Translations under genes and position numbers: made by a program
NCBI GenBank assembly: GCA_963814375.1
Contig: CAWFCQ010000005.1
Coordinates: 128,304-192,303 of the forward strand
DNA from: an uncultured Chloroflexia bacterium
GTDB taxonomy: Bacteria > Chloroflexota > Limnocylindria > QHBO01
Reading direction: 5' to 3'
DNA: 64,000 bases
Shown here: one piece after another, positions 1 to 10,631 of the stretch
Layout: every line of letters starts with the position of its first letter
Position numbering within the stretch: the first letter of the stretch is position 1
The notes under the pieces: model-generated
The model's database searches: none
What the model saw: the letters and a program-made list of their open reading frames with translations, nothing else
Told to the model about the DNA's origin: nothing

Positions 1-1172
1 GCCTCGTGCGGCACGTAGTCGAGGTCGCAGTCGGGGTCGGGATGGTCCAGGTTGATGGTCGGCGGGATGATGCCGGTGTTGATCGTCTGGATCGTGGCGA
101 TCGCCTCGACCCCGCCCCCGGCTCCCATGAGGTGGCCGGTCATCGACTTCGTGCTGCTGATGGGAACCTTGTAGGCACGCTCGTCGAAGAGCGTCTTGAT
201 GGCGGCCGTCTCCGAGCGGTCGTTCGGCGGCGTGCTCGTCCCGTGGGCGTTGATGTAGTCGATGTCGTCGGTGGTAAGACCGGCATCGGCGATGGCGATG
301 CGCATGCTCTCGACCGCCCCGCGACCGCCCGGTGCCGGCAGCGTGATGTGCGAGGCGTCGTCGGTCGCGCCGTAGCCGATCACCTCCGCGTGGATGGTGG
401 CGCCACGCCCGCGCGCGTGCTCGAGCTCCTCGAGCACCAGGACCCCCGCACCGTCTGCCATGACGAAGCCGTCTCGCTGCGCGTCGAACGGGCGCGAGGC
501 CTTCTCCGGCTGCTCGTTGCAGTTCGTCGAGAGGGCACGCATCGCGCTGAAGGCTCCGACCGGGATCTCGCCGATCCCCGCCTCCGCACCGCCGGCGATC
601 ATGATGTCGGCATCACCGCGGCGGATGATGTTGAGCGAGTCGCCGATGGCATGGTTGGCGCTCGAGCAAGCGCTGACCGTGGCGTAGTTCGGGCCGCGGG
701 CGTTGGCGTAGATGGCGACGTACCCAGCCGCCATGTCGGGGATCATCGCGGTCACCAGGAAGGGGCCGACGCGCTCGACGCCCAGCTCGTGCGCCTCGAT
801 GACGTCGCGGATCATCGTGTTGATTCCGCCGATGCCGGAGCCGATGATCGTGCCGGTGCGCCACGCCAGCGCCTCGTCGGTGATCGGATTCTCCAGCCCG
901 GCATCGCGCATCGCCTCCGCCACCGCCGCCCAGGCGAAATGCACGTAGCGGTCGTTCCGCCGCACCTCCTTTTTCGGCATGATCGCGTCGGCATCGAAGC
1001 CCTTGATCTCGCCGGCCACCTTGCTGGCGGTCCTGGCCGGGTCGAAGATCGTGATCCGGGTAATGCCGCTGCGCCCGTTGACCAGGGAGTCCCAGAAGGC
1101 GGGCACGTCGTTCCCGATAGGGGTCAACGCGCCCATGCCGGTGATCACCACTCGCCGCTCGCCATCACGCAT
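1..1172 (-). CDS. fabF: 3-oxoacyl-ACP synthase II (KAS II); C-terminus runs off the window start
   Basis: Minus-strand translation from ATG 1172-1170 reads [18 protein letters not shown]... then [13 protein letters not shown] (active-site Cys) and [17 protein letters not shown] near nt 130-180. It is absent from the ORF track because it has no stop in the window. The 6..1178 + ORF is its antisense shadow. The start overlaps the fabZ stop. Confidence 0.9.
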   Translation of the reverse strand, partial: MRDGERRVVITGMGALTPIGNDVPAFWDSLVNGRSGITRITIFDPARTASKVAGEIKGFDADAIMPKKEVRRNDRYVHFAWAAVAEAMRDAGLENPITDEALAWRTGTIIGSGIGGINTMIRDVIEAHELGVERVGPFLVTAMIPDMAAGYVAIYANARGPNYATVSACSSANHAIGDSLNIIRRGDADIMIAGGAEAGIGEIPVGAFSAMRALSTNCNEQPEKASRPFDAQRDGFVMADGAGVLVLEELEHARGRGATIHAEVIGYGATDDASHITLPAPGGRGAVESMRIAIADAGLTTDDIDYINAHGTSTPPNDRSETAAIKTLFDERAYKVPISSTKSMTGHLMGAGGGVEAIATIQTINTGIIPPTINLDHPDPDCDLDYVPHE

Positions 1173-1656
1173 CGCTGACGCTCCCGCTGAGCTGCTGGTC
1201 ACGCGGAAAGATGACCGAGATCGTCGCCTCCACCGCCACCTCGCCGTCAACCGATCCAACGGCGCGGGCACGCCCGAAGATCCCGCGCAGCTTCTCGATG
1301 GTGGCCTCGAGGCGGAGCGTGTCCCCCGGGACGACCATTCGCTTGAAGCGGCACTCGTCGATGCCCGCGAAGAGCCCGAGCTTGCCCTGGTACTCCGGCA
1401 TCGTGACGACGGCGATGCCCACCGCCTGGGCCAGCGCCTCGACCATCAGGACGCCGGGCATGATCGGGCGTCCGGGGAAGTGCCCGGTGAACTGCGGCTC
1501 GTTGGCGGTCACCGCCTTGATCGCCACGATTCGCTTGCCGGGCTCCAGCTCGACGACACGATCGACGAGGAGGAACGGGTAGCGATGCGGCAGGATGCCC
1601 ATGATGTCGGCCGCCTCGAGCGGCGGGGTGAAGGTGCTGATCGTCTCGATGGTCAT
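1165..1656 (-). CDS. fabZ: 3-hydroxyacyl-ACP dehydratase FabZ (163 aa)
   Basis: C-terminal 163 aa of ORF 1165..2427: MTIETIS...[13 protein letters not shown]...[25 protein letters not shown] (hot-dog fold, FabZ signature). ATG at 1656-1654 is preceded by GGAG. Confidence 0.92.
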   Translation of the reverse strand: MTIETISTFTPPLEAADIMGILPHRYPFLLVDRVVELEPGKRIVAIKAVTANEPQFTGHFPGRPIMPGVLMVEALAQAVGIAVVTMPEYQGKLGLFAGIDECRFKRMVVPGDTLRLEATIEKLRGIFGRARAVGSVDGEVAVEATISVIFPRDQQLSGSVSDA

Positions 1657-1670
1657 GAGCTCCGTTCTCT

Positions 1671-3029
1671 CTAGCCTCCGACGAAGGCCGCCGGCCCGAC
1701 GCGATCGAGGAGGTTGGTGCTGACGCGCGCGTCGAGGAACGCGTCGTTGTTGATGATGCCGCGGTGGAACGGGATGTTGGTCTTCAACCCATCCACCTCG
1801 AACTCGGCGAGCGCGCGCCGCGACCGCGCCAGCGCGATCTCCCGTGTCTCGCCCCACACGATGAGCTTGGCGAGGAGGCTGTCGTAGAAGGGCGGGACCT
1901 CGTAGCCAGGGTAGATGTGCGTGTCGACCCGGACGCCCGGGCCGCCCGGCAGGTTGACGGAGCCGATCTCGCCGGCCTGCGGCGAGAAGTTGTCGCTCGG
2001 ATCCTCGGCGTTGATCCGAAACTCGATCGCGTGCCCACGAAAGCGGATCTCGTCCTGGCGCAGGCTGAGGCGCTCGCCGGCGGCGACCCGGATCTGCTCG
2101 GCGATCAGGTCCACGCCGGTCACCATCTCGGTGACCGGGTGCTCGACCTGGATGCGGCAGTTGATCTCGATGAAGTAGAAGTTCCCGTCGGCGTCGAGCA
2201 GGAACTCGAGCGTCCCGGCGCTCTCGTAGCCGGCCGCCACGACGCTCCGGACGGCGAGGTCGCGAAGTCGCTCGCGGGCGGCGTCGTTCATCGCCGGCGA
2301 CGGCCCCTCCTCGATGATCTTCTGATGCCGGCGCTGGACGCTGCAGTCCCGCTCGCCGAGATGGACCCCGCTCCCGTGCTGGTCGATCATCACCTGGACC
2401 TCGACGTGGCGCGACTCCTCGATCCACCTCTCGAAGTAGATGCTGTCATCGCCGAAGGCGGCCTGCGCCTCCGAGCGCGCCAAGGGCAGCGAGGTCTCCA
2501 TCTCGCGCGGTGAGCGAATGAGCCGCATGCCCCGACCGCCTCCTCCCGCCGACGGCTTGAGAAGGACCGGGTAGCCCGCCTCGCCGGCCTGCTCGAGCGC
2601 GTCACCCAGATCAGTGACGATCCCGCGGCTGCCCGGCACCGTGGGCAGGCCGTTCGCGGCCAGCATCCGACGCACGGCGTACTTCGACGCGAAGCGTTCG
2701 AGCACCTCCGGTCGCGGGCCGATGAAGGTGAGGTCGTGCGCCCCGCACGCCTCGGCGAAGCTCGCGTCCTCGCTCAGGAATCCGTACCCGGGATGGACCG
2801 CGTCGCAGCCGGTGATCATCGCCGCGCTGATGACGGCTGGCTGGTTGAGATAGCTCTTGCGCGCCTCGGCAGGCCCGATGCAGATCGCCTCATCAGCCAG
2901 TCGCACTGCCAGTGACTCGCGGTCGGCCTCGCTGAAGGCGACCACCGCCGGCAGGCCGAGGTCGCGGCAGGCGCGAAGGATGCGCACGGCGATCTCGCCA
3001 CGGTTGGCGATGAGAATCTTGGTGACCAC
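1671..3029 (-). CDS. accC: Acetyl-CoA carboxylase biotin carboxylase subunit (452 aa)
   Basis: [25 protein letters not shown]..., ATP-grasp motifs and [17 protein letters not shown] start chosen at 3029-3027, just after the fabD stop. The upstream ORF extension is Arg-rich shadow sequence. Confidence 0.92.
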   Translation of the reverse strand: MVTKILIANRGEIAVRILRACRDLGLPAVVAFSEADRESLAVRLADEAICIGPAEARKSYLNQPAVISAAMITGCDAVHPGYGFLSEDASFAEACGAHDLTFIGPRPEVLERFASKYAVRRMLAANGLPTVPGSRGIVTDLGDALEQAGEAGYPVLLKPSAGGGGRGMRLIRSPREMETSLPLARSEAQAAFGDDSIYFERWIEESRHVEVQVMIDQHGSGVHLGERDCSVQRRHQKIIEEGPSPAMNDAARERLRDLAVRSVVAAGYESAGTLEFLLDADGNFYFIEINCRIQVEHPVTEMVTGVDLIAEQIRVAAGERLSLRQDEIRFRGHAIEFRINAEDPSDNFSPQAGEIGSVNLPGGPGVRVDTHIYPGYEVPPFYDSLLAKLIVWGETREIALARSRRALAEFEVDGLKTNIPFHRGIINNDAFLDARVSTNLLDRVGPAAFVGG

Positions 3030-3031
3030 GG

Positions 3032-3979
3032 TCAGACCGCGACCCCGGCGCGCTGGCGCAGGAGCCCGGCTGTTGCCTCGAGGCTCCGAGCATCGGTCAC
3101 CGTGGCTGTTCCGGCGTCGGGCGCGATGCGCTTCACCATCCCGACCAATGCCGCGCCGGTGCCGCACTCGATGAGGAGGTCGACCCCGTCGTCGACCATG
3201 CGCCGCACGCAGGCCACCCACTCGACGGGCGAGCGCACCTGCTCGGCAAGGAGCGAGCGGATCCGACCGACGTCGGTGAGCGGCTCGGCGGTGACGTTGC
3301 TCATGACCGCGATGCGTGGGGCGTGCCACTCCTCCGCCTCGAAGGCGTCCGACAGCGCGTCGGCGACGCCGCTCATGAGCGGCGAGTGGAAGGCGCCCGA
3401 GACGGGGAGCCTGAGGACGCGCTTCGCACCGGCCGCGCGCATCGGCTCCTCGGCGGCGAGGAGCGCATCAGGGGCGCCGGAGATGACGACCTGGCCGGGA
3501 GCGTTGTCGTTGGCGACCACGAGCTCGGTGGGGCGGGCCACGGAGTCGACCACCGATTGGACGGCGTGGCGCTCCATGCCGATGACCGCCGCCATGCCGC
3601 CGCCGCCGTCGGCCTCGGCCATCAGCTCGGCGCGGCGCTGAACGAGGCGCAGCGCAGCGGGCAGCTCCAGCACGCCGGCGGCCACGAGCGCCGCGTACTC
3701 GCCGACCGAGTGCCCGGCCACGATGGAGGGCCGCACCTCGACCGCTTCCTCGAGCGCGCGCAACGCCGCGACCGACGTCGCGAGAAGGCATGGCTGCGTC
3801 TGGCGCGTGTCGTTCAGCCGATCCTCCGGACCGTCCCAGCAGGCCGAGGACACCGACCAGCCGAGGGCGGCATCCGCCTCGTCGAAGGCCGAGCGCGCCG
3901 CCGGGGAGCGCTGGGCGAGCTCGCGGCCCATCCCGATCGCCTGTGAGCCCTGCGGGCTGAAGAGCAGCGCGAGGCTCAT
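3032..3979 (-). CDS. fabD: Malonyl CoA-ACP transacylase (315 aa)
   Basis: [21 protein letters not shown]..., GHSVGEYAALVAAG (active-site Ser), AFHSPLM. ATG 3979-3977 overlaps the accB-like stop (ATGA). Confidence 0.92.
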   Translation of the reverse strand: MSLALLFSPQGSQAIGMGRELAQRSPAARSAFDEADAALGWSVSSACWDGPEDRLNDTRQTQPCLLATSVAALRALEEAVEVRPSIVAGHSVGEYAALVAAGVLELPAALRLVQRRAELMAEADGGGGMAAVIGMERHAVQSVVDSVARPTELVVANDNAPGQVVISGAPDALLAAEEPMRAAGAKRVLRLPVSGAFHSPLMSGVADALSDAFEAEEWHAPRIAVMSNVTAEPLTDVGRIRSLLAEQVRSPVEWVACVRRMVDDGVDLLIECGTGAALVGMVKRIAPDAGTATVTDARSLEATAGLLRQRAGVAV

Positions 3980-4449
3980 CTCGGCGCCTCCGGTGGCTCG
4001 AGCTCGAGGACGACCTGGCCGTACTCGACCGCCTCGCCGCTCTCGGCCACGAGGTGGAGGACGGTGCCGGCGCGTGGCGCGCGCACGTCGTGGCGGACGC
4101 CGAGCATCTCGATGTGGCCGAGCGCATCGCCCTTGCCGACCGTGAGTCCGGGGCCGAGGCCCTCGGCGTAGACGAAGAACCCCACCGCGGGCGAAGCGAC
4201 GCCGACCGATGCGGGGGCACCCGGGGGCTGCGTCGCGGGCGCCGGCGCGGAGTCCTGCGCCACTCTCGCCGGCCCGGGTGCCGGCGCGGGCGTCATGCCA
4301 CCGGAAGCCGCGCTGACGCGAAGCCGCAGGTCGCCCCGCGACACCTCGATCTCGCCCAGCCCGTGTCGGGCGAGCCGCTCGGTGAGCTCGGGCAGAAGCT
4401 CCTCGGCGGCGCGCGTGATGGCCTGGAGCGCCTCGTCGCGATCGGTCAT
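3976..4449 (-). CDS. accB: BCCP-like biotinyl/lipoyl-domain protein in the accB position, lacking the canonical biotinyl-lysine
   Basis: 157 aa: N-terminal segment, Ala/Pro linker, and a C-terminal barrel ending [24 protein letters not shown]. The EAMKM position reads EMLGV (nt 4096-4110 = GAG ATG CTC GGC GTC). ATGA-coupled to accA upstream and fabD downstream. Confidence 0.75.
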   Translation of the reverse strand: MTDRDEALQAITRAAEELLPELTERLARHGLGEIEVSRGDLRLRVSAASGGMTPAPAPGPARVAQDSAPAPATQPPGAPASVGVASPAVGFFVYAEGLGPGLTVGKGDALGHIEMLGVRHDVRAPRAGTVLHLVAESGEAVEYGQVVLELEPPEAPR

Positions 4450-5465
4450 GCGCCTCCCTCGTTCTCGCCGTCATCGTCGGCGCTCGGCCAGATCTCGCTC
4501 CAGCGCGGGCGGCGCGGCGCGCCCGGCAGGTGAAGAATGCGCCCGATGCGACGGGTCAGCGACGGGGCCTCGGGCGCCTGCGTCGAGCCCGCCTCGGTCT
4601 CGAGATAGGCACCCGCGCTGCGCAGACGAGCGTAGCGCGTGGCGAGCAGCTCTGCCGTGTCGCGGCCCGAGAGGCCACGAAGCGCCGCGAGCAGGGCCGA
4701 GCGCACGGCCCTGGCGGTGGCGGCGTGATCCGTGTGCGCGCCCTCGCCCGGCTCGCGGATGACCGTATCGACGACTCCGAGCTCGGCCTGGTCGGCCGCC
4801 GTCATGCGCATCGCGGCCGCGGCCACCTGCGCCTCGTCGCGCGAGCGCCACAGGATCGACGAGGCGCCCTCGGGGCTGATGACCGAGTACACCGAGTTCT
4901 CGAGGGCGAGCACGGTGTCGCCAACGCCGATCGCAAGCGCTCCGCCGGAGCCTCCCTCCCCCAGAACCACCACGACGATCGGCACCTGGAGGCCCGTCAT
5001 GAGCTTGATGCTCGAGGCGATCGCCTCGGCCTGGCCGCGCTCCTCGGCGGCCGGGCCCGGGAAGGCGCCAGCCGTGTCGAGGAAGGTGACGATCGGCAGG
5101 CCGAGCTTGTCGGCGAGGCGCATCAGCCGCTGCGCCTTGCGAAAGCCCTCCGGGTGAGGTGAGCCGAAGTTCCGCGCGATGTTGGAGTCGGTATCGGTCC
5201 CCTTCTGGTGGCCGATCACCATGACGGCGCGGCCTTCGAGGAGAGCGGGCCCGCCGACGATCGCCGGATCGTCACCGAACGCCCGGTCGCCGTGCAGTTC
5301 GAAGAACCCCTCGAAGATGAGGGACACCAGGTCGAGCGTGCGCGGCCGCTGCGGATGACGCGCCAGCTGGACGTGCCGCCAGGCAGACTCGATCGCCGCT
5401 CGATCCAGCGGGGAGCCGGACGGCAGTGCGGCAACGGCGGCAACCGGCTCGAGCGGCTCGGTCAT
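4446..5465 (-). CDS. accA: Acetyl-CoA carboxylase carboxyltransferase alpha subunit
   Basis: 339 aa: HPQRPRTLD..., [33 protein letters not shown] overlap with the accD stop. Confidence 0.92.
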   Translation of the reverse strand: MTEPLEPVAAVAALPSGSPLDRAAIESAWRHVQLARHPQRPRTLDLVSLIFEGFFELHGDRAFGDDPAIVGGPALLEGRAVMVIGHQKGTDTDSNIARNFGSPHPEGFRKAQRLMRLADKLGLPIVTFLDTAGAFPGPAAEERGQAEAIASSIKLMTGLQVPIVVVVLGEGGSGGALAIGVGDTVLALENSVYSVISPEGASSILWRSRDEAQVAAAAMRMTAADQAELGVVDTVIREPGEGAHTDHAATARAVRSALLAALRGLSGRDTAELLATRYARLRSAGAYLETEAGSTQAPEAPSLTRRIGRILHLPGAPRRPRWSEIWPSADDDGENEGGA

Positions 5466-6478
5466 CGCTCATCTTCCCCCGCGTCGGCCGGGGCTCGGGA
5501 CGCGGCCGGGCCACGCCCGTTGCCACCCTCGGCCTCGGCGTCGACATCGATTCCGATCGTTTCGCTCACGGCGCCGCCCAGCCGCTCGGCGAACCCGGAG
5601 AGCGCGCCGATCGGGCCCCAGGCGCGCTCCGCCTCTTCGGCTGCGGCGTCAGCCGCGCGCGGCACGGGGAGGAGCCTGAGCAGCCGGCCCAGGGTGGCTC
5701 GCAGCTCGGGCCGGGGCACGATGGCATCGACGAATCCGTGAGCCAGCAGGAACTCCGCGGTCTGGAAGCCCTCCGGCATCTCCTCGCCGACCGTGTCGGA
5801 CGCGACCCGGGCGCCAGCGAAGCCGATGAGCGCCTTCGGCTCGGCGAGCACGACGTCGCCCAGGCTCGCGAAGCTGGCGAGGACGCCGCCGGTTGTCGGA
5901 TCGGTGAGCACGGCGATGAACGGGACACCCGCATGGTCGAGCCGGACGAGGGGAGCTGTCGTCTTCGAGAGCTGCATCAGCGACAGCGTCCCCTCCTGCA
6001 TGCGCGCGCCCCCCGAGGCGCTGACCACGATGGCGGGGATCCGCTCGGCGAGCGCCGTCTCGAAGCAGCGCGCCAGCTTCTCACCCACCACGCTTCCCAT
6101 GCTGCCGCCCATGAAGCGGAAGTCGAAGATGCCGATGGCGACCCGCCTGCCCTCGATCTGGCCAACCCCCCAGACCACGGCGTCTCGCAGGCCGGTCTTG
6201 ATGCGCGCGGCCTCCAGACGGTCCGAATACGGCTGCGCATCGTGGAAGCCGAGACGGTCCACCGACTCCAGCCCTCCATCACGCTCCTGGAAGGTGCCCG
6301 GGTCGAGCAGCATGTCGATCCGCTCGCCGACCGACATGCGGAAGTGGTGGCCGCACGAGGGGCAGAGGCGCAGTCCGCGCTCGAGCTGCCGGCTGAAGAC
6401 CTGCGCGTCGCAGCTTGGGCACTTCGTCCAGGCGTCGCTCGGGGCCGCGCGGCGGCTGAACGGAAACTTGATCGGCAA
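5462..6478 (-). CDS. accD: Acetyl-CoA carboxylase carboxyltransferase beta subunit
   Basis: N-terminal Zn ribbon [28 protein letters not shown], then [11 protein letters not shown] and [11 protein letters not shown] start at 6478-6476 with GGGGGA 6 nt upstream is preferred. The ATG at 6625 would overlap the upstream gene by about 130 nt. The start is uncertain. Confidence 0.85.
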   Translation of the reverse strand: MPIKFPFSRRAAPSDAWTKCPSCDAQVFSRQLERGLRLCPSCGHHFRMSVGERIDMLLDPGTFQERDGGLESVDRLGFHDAQPYSDRLEAARIKTGLRDAVVWGVGQIEGRRVAIGIFDFRFMGGSMGSVVGEKLARCFETALAERIPAIVVSASGGARMQEGTLSLMQLSKTTAPLVRLDHAGVPFIAVLTDPTTGGVLASFASLGDVVLAEPKALIGFAGARVASDTVGEEMPEGFQTAEFLLAHGFVDAIVPRPELRATLGRLLRLLPVPRAADAAAEEAERAWGPIGALSGFAERLGGAVSETIGIDVDAEAEGGNGRGPAASRAPADAGEDER

Positions 6479-6492
6479 TCTCGTTCCCCCGC

Positions 6493-6849
6493 CTACCGGT
6501 GCAGCAGCCGATGCGGCGCGCGGAGCCGCGCTCCGCGCCAGACGGCGAATGCCGTCACTCCCACCCCCACCGCCGATCCGACCGCTCCGGTCACAATCAG
6601 CCGACCGGGATGCCGCAGGATCCACGGCGACGGCGAGATCGAGAGACGGGCGCCGAGACGGGCCTCGAATCGGGGCGCCACCAGGGAGGTGCCGAGCTGC
6701 TCACGCAGCCTGGCAGCCGTGGCGAGCAGCGGCCGATCAGCGTCGGTGACGCCGGCGCCTGCCGCCGCGACCGCCGGCGTGGCGCCCGCCAGCAGATCGT
6801 CGAGGGCACGGTCGAGCCGCTCGGCACGCGTGGGACGTTGGATCATCAC
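6493..6849 (-). CDS. Putative membrane-anchored anti-sigma factor (118 aa, no zf-HC2 motif)
   Basis: Lies directly downstream of an ECF sigma gene. One predicted TM segment (LIVTGAVGSAVGVGVTAFAVW). The call rests on position and topology only. Confidence 0.4.
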   Translation of the reverse strand: MMIQRPTRAERLDRALDDLLAGATPAVAAAGAGVTDADRPLLATAARLREQLGTSLVAPRFEARLGARLSISPSPWILRHPGRLIVTGAVGSAVGVGVTAFAVWRGARLRAPHRLLHR

Positions 6850-6894
6850 GCTCCTGCTAACACCGCGGAGCGCAAAACGTTACACCCCTCGGAT

Positions 6895-7464
6895 TCACCC
6901 CCGGCCGAGATGATCCGCGAGGTCGCGCAGGGCTCGATGCTGAAGCACGCGGACGGCTCCTTCGCTGCGGTCCATGACCGACCCGATCTCTCGAGCCGTC
7001 AGGCCGTCGACGAAGCGGAGCACGACGACCTGCCTCCGGTCCTCGGGCAGCAGGCTCAGGGCCCAGCGCAGGCGGCGTGTCTCCTCGGCCCGGCCCACCA
7101 GGCCGGCCGGATCGACGTCGGCGATCGGCTCAGCCACTGCCTCGAGCGACGCGGCGACGTGGCGCCGCCGCGTGCGCAGGGCGTTGGCGAGCTGATTGTG
7201 GGCAATCCGAAAGAGCCAGGCGCGGAACGTCGCTCCCTCATCGCGGAAGCCGTCGATGGCGGCCAGGGCCGCGGCAAACGTTCGCTCGGTGGCGTCCTCG
7301 GCGTCGTGATGGTCGCCCAGGAGGTAGAAGCAGTACCCGTACACCCGGTCGATGTAGCGGCGGTAGAGCGGGCCGAACGCCGCTCGGTCGCGCTGTGCCG
7401 CGCGCACCGCCTCGAGGTCCGGATCGGCGGCCGCGGCGCGGCGACGTGCCGGTTCGGCGCTCAC
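6895..7464 (-). CDS. ECF-type RNA polymerase sigma-70 family factor (189 aa)
   Basis: C-terminal part of ORF 6895..9201: region 2 (FGPLYRRYIDRVYGYC...DAEDATERTF) and region 4 (LPEDRRQVVVLRFVDGLTAREIGSVMDRSEGAVRVLQHRALRDL). GTG 7464-7462 overlaps the birA TGA (GTGA). Confidence 0.85.
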   Translation of the reverse strand: MSAEPARRRAAAADPDLEAVRAAQRDRAAFGPLYRRYIDRVYGYCFYLLGDHHDAEDATERTFAAALAAIDGFRDEGATFRAWLFRIAHNQLANALRTRRRHVAASLEAVAEPIADVDPAGLVGRAEETRRLRWALSLLPEDRRQVVVLRFVDGLTAREIGSVMDRSEGAVRVLQHRALRDLADHLGRG

Positions 7465-8267
7465 GACGCTCCTCCGCGCTGGACCCGGACGACCTCGCCT
7501 CCGGCCAGCGCGTGGCGGCCATCCTCCGCCTCTACGACAAGGGCGCCGGTCGGATCGAGATCGACCGCTCGCCCGTGGACCGCGCCCTCCGGCGTGGCGA
7601 CGGTCACGAACGCGCCGAGCGTCGAGCAGGCGTCGCGGTAACGCTCGAGCGGCGACCGTCCCGCCTCGATCCCCTCGATCTCGTCCGAGAGCGCGTCGAG
7701 CAGCGCACGCAGCAGGTCGGCGCGATCGATGGGGCGGCCGGCGAGGTCGGACAGCGAGGTCGCCCGCGCGGCGATCTCGGCGGGCATCTCCGCGCGCGGC
7801 CAGTTTACGTTGAGGCCGATCCCGACGATCGCGCCCCGGAGCCGCTCCCCCTCCGTGATCGTCTCGATGAGCAGACCACCGACCTTCCGTCCGTCGAGGC
7901 CCTCGACGTCGTTGGGCCACTTCAGCCGAACGGGAGCCGCGGCAGCGGACGCCACCGCCACGCCGAGTGCGGCACCCATGCCGAGCTGCCAGGCATCGGC
8001 CGGCGCCAGTCGGGGCCGGAGGGCGACGCTGAACGTGAGGTTGCGCCCCGCCGGCGACAGCCAGCTGCGGCCCAGCCGGCCGCGTCCGCCAGTCTGCTCC
8101 TCGGCCAGCACCACGCTGCCGTCGCCTGACGGAGCATCGAGCAGCGTGCGTGCTCGGTCGTTGGTGGACCCGATGCGGTCGTGCGCCTCGATCGCGTGGC
8201 CCACCCGCCGCATCGGCCGCACGGCCGCCTGCCACGCATGGCTGGGGGTCGCGAGAGGCTCGATCAT
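7461..8267 (-). CDS. birA: Biotin--[acetyl-CoA-carboxylase] ligase, class I (no HTH), 268 aa
   Basis: IGSTNDRA..., EEQTGGRGRLGRSW (GRGRxGR motif), KWPNDV. ATG at 8267 gives a typical class I length. The start is uncertain by a few tens of nt. Confidence 0.85.
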   Translation of the reverse strand: MIEPLATPSHAWQAAVRPMRRVGHAIEAHDRIGSTNDRARTLLDAPSGDGSVVLAEEQTGGRGRLGRSWLSPAGRNLTFSVALRPRLAPADAWQLGMGAALGVAVASAAAAPVRLKWPNDVEGLDGRKVGGLLIETITEGERLRGAIVGIGLNVNWPRAEMPAEIAARATSLSDLAGRPIDRADLLRALLDALSDEIEGIEAGRSPLERYRDACSTLGAFVTVATPEGAVHGRAVDLDPTGALVVEAEDGRHALAGGEVVRVQRGGAS

Positions 8268-8334
8268 GGGGCGCAACGATACCCGCTCGCGGGCGGGCTG
8301 CCCATCGGAGCCGTGCGCTACACTCACTCGTCCC

Positions 8335-9354
8335 ATGAGCCAGACCCTTGACGCTCCGAGCGCCTCCAGCGGCCCGGTGCGCGAGCGCGTCTTCAGCGGA
8401 ATCCAGCCTTCCGGAGCCTCGCACCTGGGCAATTACCTCGGTGCGCAGGTCAACTACGTGGCCATGCAGGACGAGTACGACACGATCTACGGCATCGTCG
8501 ACTACCACGCCCTGACGACCGTGCACGATGGCGCCGAGCTGCGGCGGCTGACGCACGAGATGGTGCTGGACCTCCTCGCCGTCGGCCTCGACCCCGAGCG
8601 CTGCGCACTCATCCGCCAGTCCGACCTGCCGGAGCACGCCGAGCTGGCCTGGATCTTCAACACCGTGACGCCGGTGAGCTGGGCGGAGCGAACGCCGACC
8701 TACAAGGAGAAGCGGCAGCAGGGCGTCGAGAACAGCCTGGGCCTGCTCGACTACCCGATCCTCCAGGCGGCCGACATCGTCATCTACAAGGCCAGCCGCG
8801 TGCCGGTCGGCAAGGACCAGGCCGCCCACCTCGAGCTGAGCCGTGAGGTGGTGCGCGCCTTCAACCGCCGCTACGGGCCGATCTTTCCGGAGCCGGAGCC
8901 GGTCTTCACCGATGCACCGACGGTGATGGGCATCGACGGGGCCACCAAGATGAGCAAGAGCGCGAACAACACCATCCCGATCTTCGCCGAGCCAGACGAG
9001 ATCCGGCGCCTCGTCATGAGCATGGTCACCGACCCGCTGCGCATCAAGCGAACCGATCCCGGCCGGCCGGAGATCTGCAACGTGTGCCAGCTCCACCGGT
9101 TCTTCGGTGAGGACTACCTCCAGATCCACGACGGCGAACGAACCGCGCGCACCGGCTGCGTCGAGACCAAGCAGCTCCTTGCGGAGCGGATCATCGAGCA
9201 CTTCCGGCCGATGCGCGAGAAGCGGATGCGCCTCGCGTCGGAGCCGAACGTGGTCGAGCAGACTCTCGCCGCGGGCGTCGCGAAGGTGCGGCCGATCCTC
9301 GATGCCACGATGGCCGAGGTGCGCGCGGCGATCGGCATCGGGCCGGTGGCGTGA
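8335..9354 (+). CDS. trpS: Tryptophan--tRNA ligase (339 aa)
   Basis: MSQTL...SGIQPSGASHLGNYLGA (HIGH-type) and TKMSKSANN (KMSKS). Inner ATG of ORF 7729..9354. Confidence 0.92.
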   Translation: MSQTLDAPSASSGPVRERVFSGIQPSGASHLGNYLGAQVNYVAMQDEYDTIYGIVDYHALTTVHDGAELRRLTHEMVLDLLAVGLDPERCALIRQSDLPEHAELAWIFNTVTPVSWAERTPTYKEKRQQGVENSLGLLDYPILQAADIVIYKASRVPVGKDQAAHLELSREVVRAFNRRYGPIFPEPEPVFTDAPTVMGIDGATKMSKSANNTIPIFAEPDEIRRLVMSMVTDPLRIKRTDPGRPEICNVCQLHRFFGEDYLQIHDGERTARTGCVETKQLLAERIIEHFRPMREKRMRLASEPNVVEQTLAAGVAKVRPILDATMAEVRAAIGIGPVA

Positions 9355-10631
9355 CCGAATCGCCGCCTCCGGCCCCGACCGGGGCGGTGCTGCCGCCCCG
9401 CGAGCGACGGTGGCTGCTGACGTTCCTCATCCTCGGCAGCGCGACCTTCTTCCTCCTCCTCGCGGATCGGGCAATCGGCCTGATCGGAGGGTTCGCGACG
9501 ATAGGCCTGATCGTGTTCCTGGCCTGGCTGCTCGCCTTCGTCATGTCGCCGCTGGTCGCCTGGCTCGAGGAGAACATCGGGGCGCCGCGCAGCCTCATCG
9601 TGGTGGGCACGTACCTCGTGGCGCTCGTCGTCTTCGGGTTCGTCCTCTTCTACACCGGCGCCTCGATCACCCAGCAGGTTGCCGAGCTGGCCCGCAACTA
9701 CCCCCAGACCGAGCGCGACGTGCTGGCGGTCCTCGCCGACTGGGAACGCGGGCTGGTCTTCGGCCGCCTCGAGATCGACCTGACCGGGCTCTACGAGGGC
9801 GCGGTGGCCCAGGCCGAGGGGATCGGCGCCGACCTGGTCGCCCAGGCGGAGAGCATCGCCGGCGTCACGATCGCCACCCTCGGCTCGCTGCTGCTCATCA
9901 TCGTGCTCTCGCTCTACATGCTGATGGACTCGGGACGGATCCTGGCCCGCATGCACGCGGGCGTGCCGCGCCGTTATCGCGACGAGGCGGAGCTCCTCGA
10001 GCGCAGTGTGACCCGCGCCTTCGGCGGATTCCTGCGCGCGCAGCTCATCCTGGCCACGATGCAGGCGCTCCTCGTGGCGGTGGTCGGCACGGTCTTCTCG
10101 ATCCCCTATCTCTTCCTGTGGGGAACGGTGAGCGCGCTGCTGATGCTGATCCCGTTCTTCGGCCCGCCGCTGGCCCTGGTGCCTCCGATCATCGGCGCGT
10201 TCCTCTTCACCGACGCGGCGCTGCCGGTGGCGATCATCCTGATCGGGGTCCAGACGGTGCTCGTCAACTGGCTCCAGCCGCGGCTCATGCGCGACTCACT
10301 GGGCCTGCATCCGATCCTCGTCCTGGTCGGGCTGCTCATCGGCGCGGAGGTGGCGGGCATCTGGGGCGCGCTGTTCGGCATCCCGATCATCGCGGTGCTG
10401 TGGGTCTTCATCGGCTACCTCGGCTTCGGCACGATCCCGAACGTCGCATTGCCGGAGACGGAGCGCCTGAGCGACGTCGACGAGCACGTCATGGTCAGCG
10501 TCAGCAAGGAGCAGGTCGGTGACGAGACGCATCCTCACATCCACGTCACCCGGACGCGGCGCGCCGACGGCACCGAGCAGATCGAGCTCCGCACCGAGGG
10601 ACCGGAGCCGATACCCGGCTCGGAGGGCTAG
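9351..10631 (+). CDS. AI-2E family (PerM/UPF0118) transporter
   Basis: 426 aa, multiple TM segments, conserved ...[16 protein letters not shown]... and [31 protein letters not shown] start overlaps the trpS stop (GTGA). Confidence 0.8.
   Translation: MTESPPPAPTGAVLPPRERRWLLTFLILGSATFFLLLADRAIGLIGGFATIGLIVFLAWLLAFVMSPLVAWLEENIGAPRSLIVVGTYLVALVVFGFVLFYTGASITQQVAELARNYPQTERDVLAVLADWERGLVFGRLEIDLTGLYEGAVAQAEGIGADLVAQAESIAGVTIATLGSLLLIIVLSLYMLMDSGRILARMHAGVPRRYRDEAELLERSVTRAFGGFLRAQLILATMQALLVAVVGTVFSIPYLFLWGTVSALLMLIPFFGPPLALVPPIIGAFLFTDAALPVAIILIGVQTVLVNWLQPRLMRDSLGLHPILVLVGLLIGAEVAGIWGALFGIPIIAVLWVFIGYLGFGTIPNVALPETERLSDVDEHVMVSVSKEQVGDETHPHIHVTRTRRADGTEQIELRTEGPEPIPGSEG

Noticed and set aside
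6-1178. 390-aa plus-strand ORF at the window start
   Set aside because: It is the antisense shadow of fabF. Its translation is Arg/Gly/Asp/His/Val-rich with no motifs, whereas the minus strand gives a textbook KAS II.
8268-8334. T-box leader upstream of trpS, or BirA operator in the birA/trpS spacer
   Set aside because: The spacer is only 67 nt, far too short for a T-box. The BirA here is the short class I type without an HTH, and I saw no inverted repeat.
7465-9201. N-terminal 580 aa of the 768-aa minus-strand ORF 6895..9201
   Set aside because: Only the last 189 aa form an ECF sigma. Upstream it runs antisense through trpS and overlaps birA in another frame with Arg/Pro/Gly-rich text. The GTG at 7464, coupled to the birA stop, is the real start.
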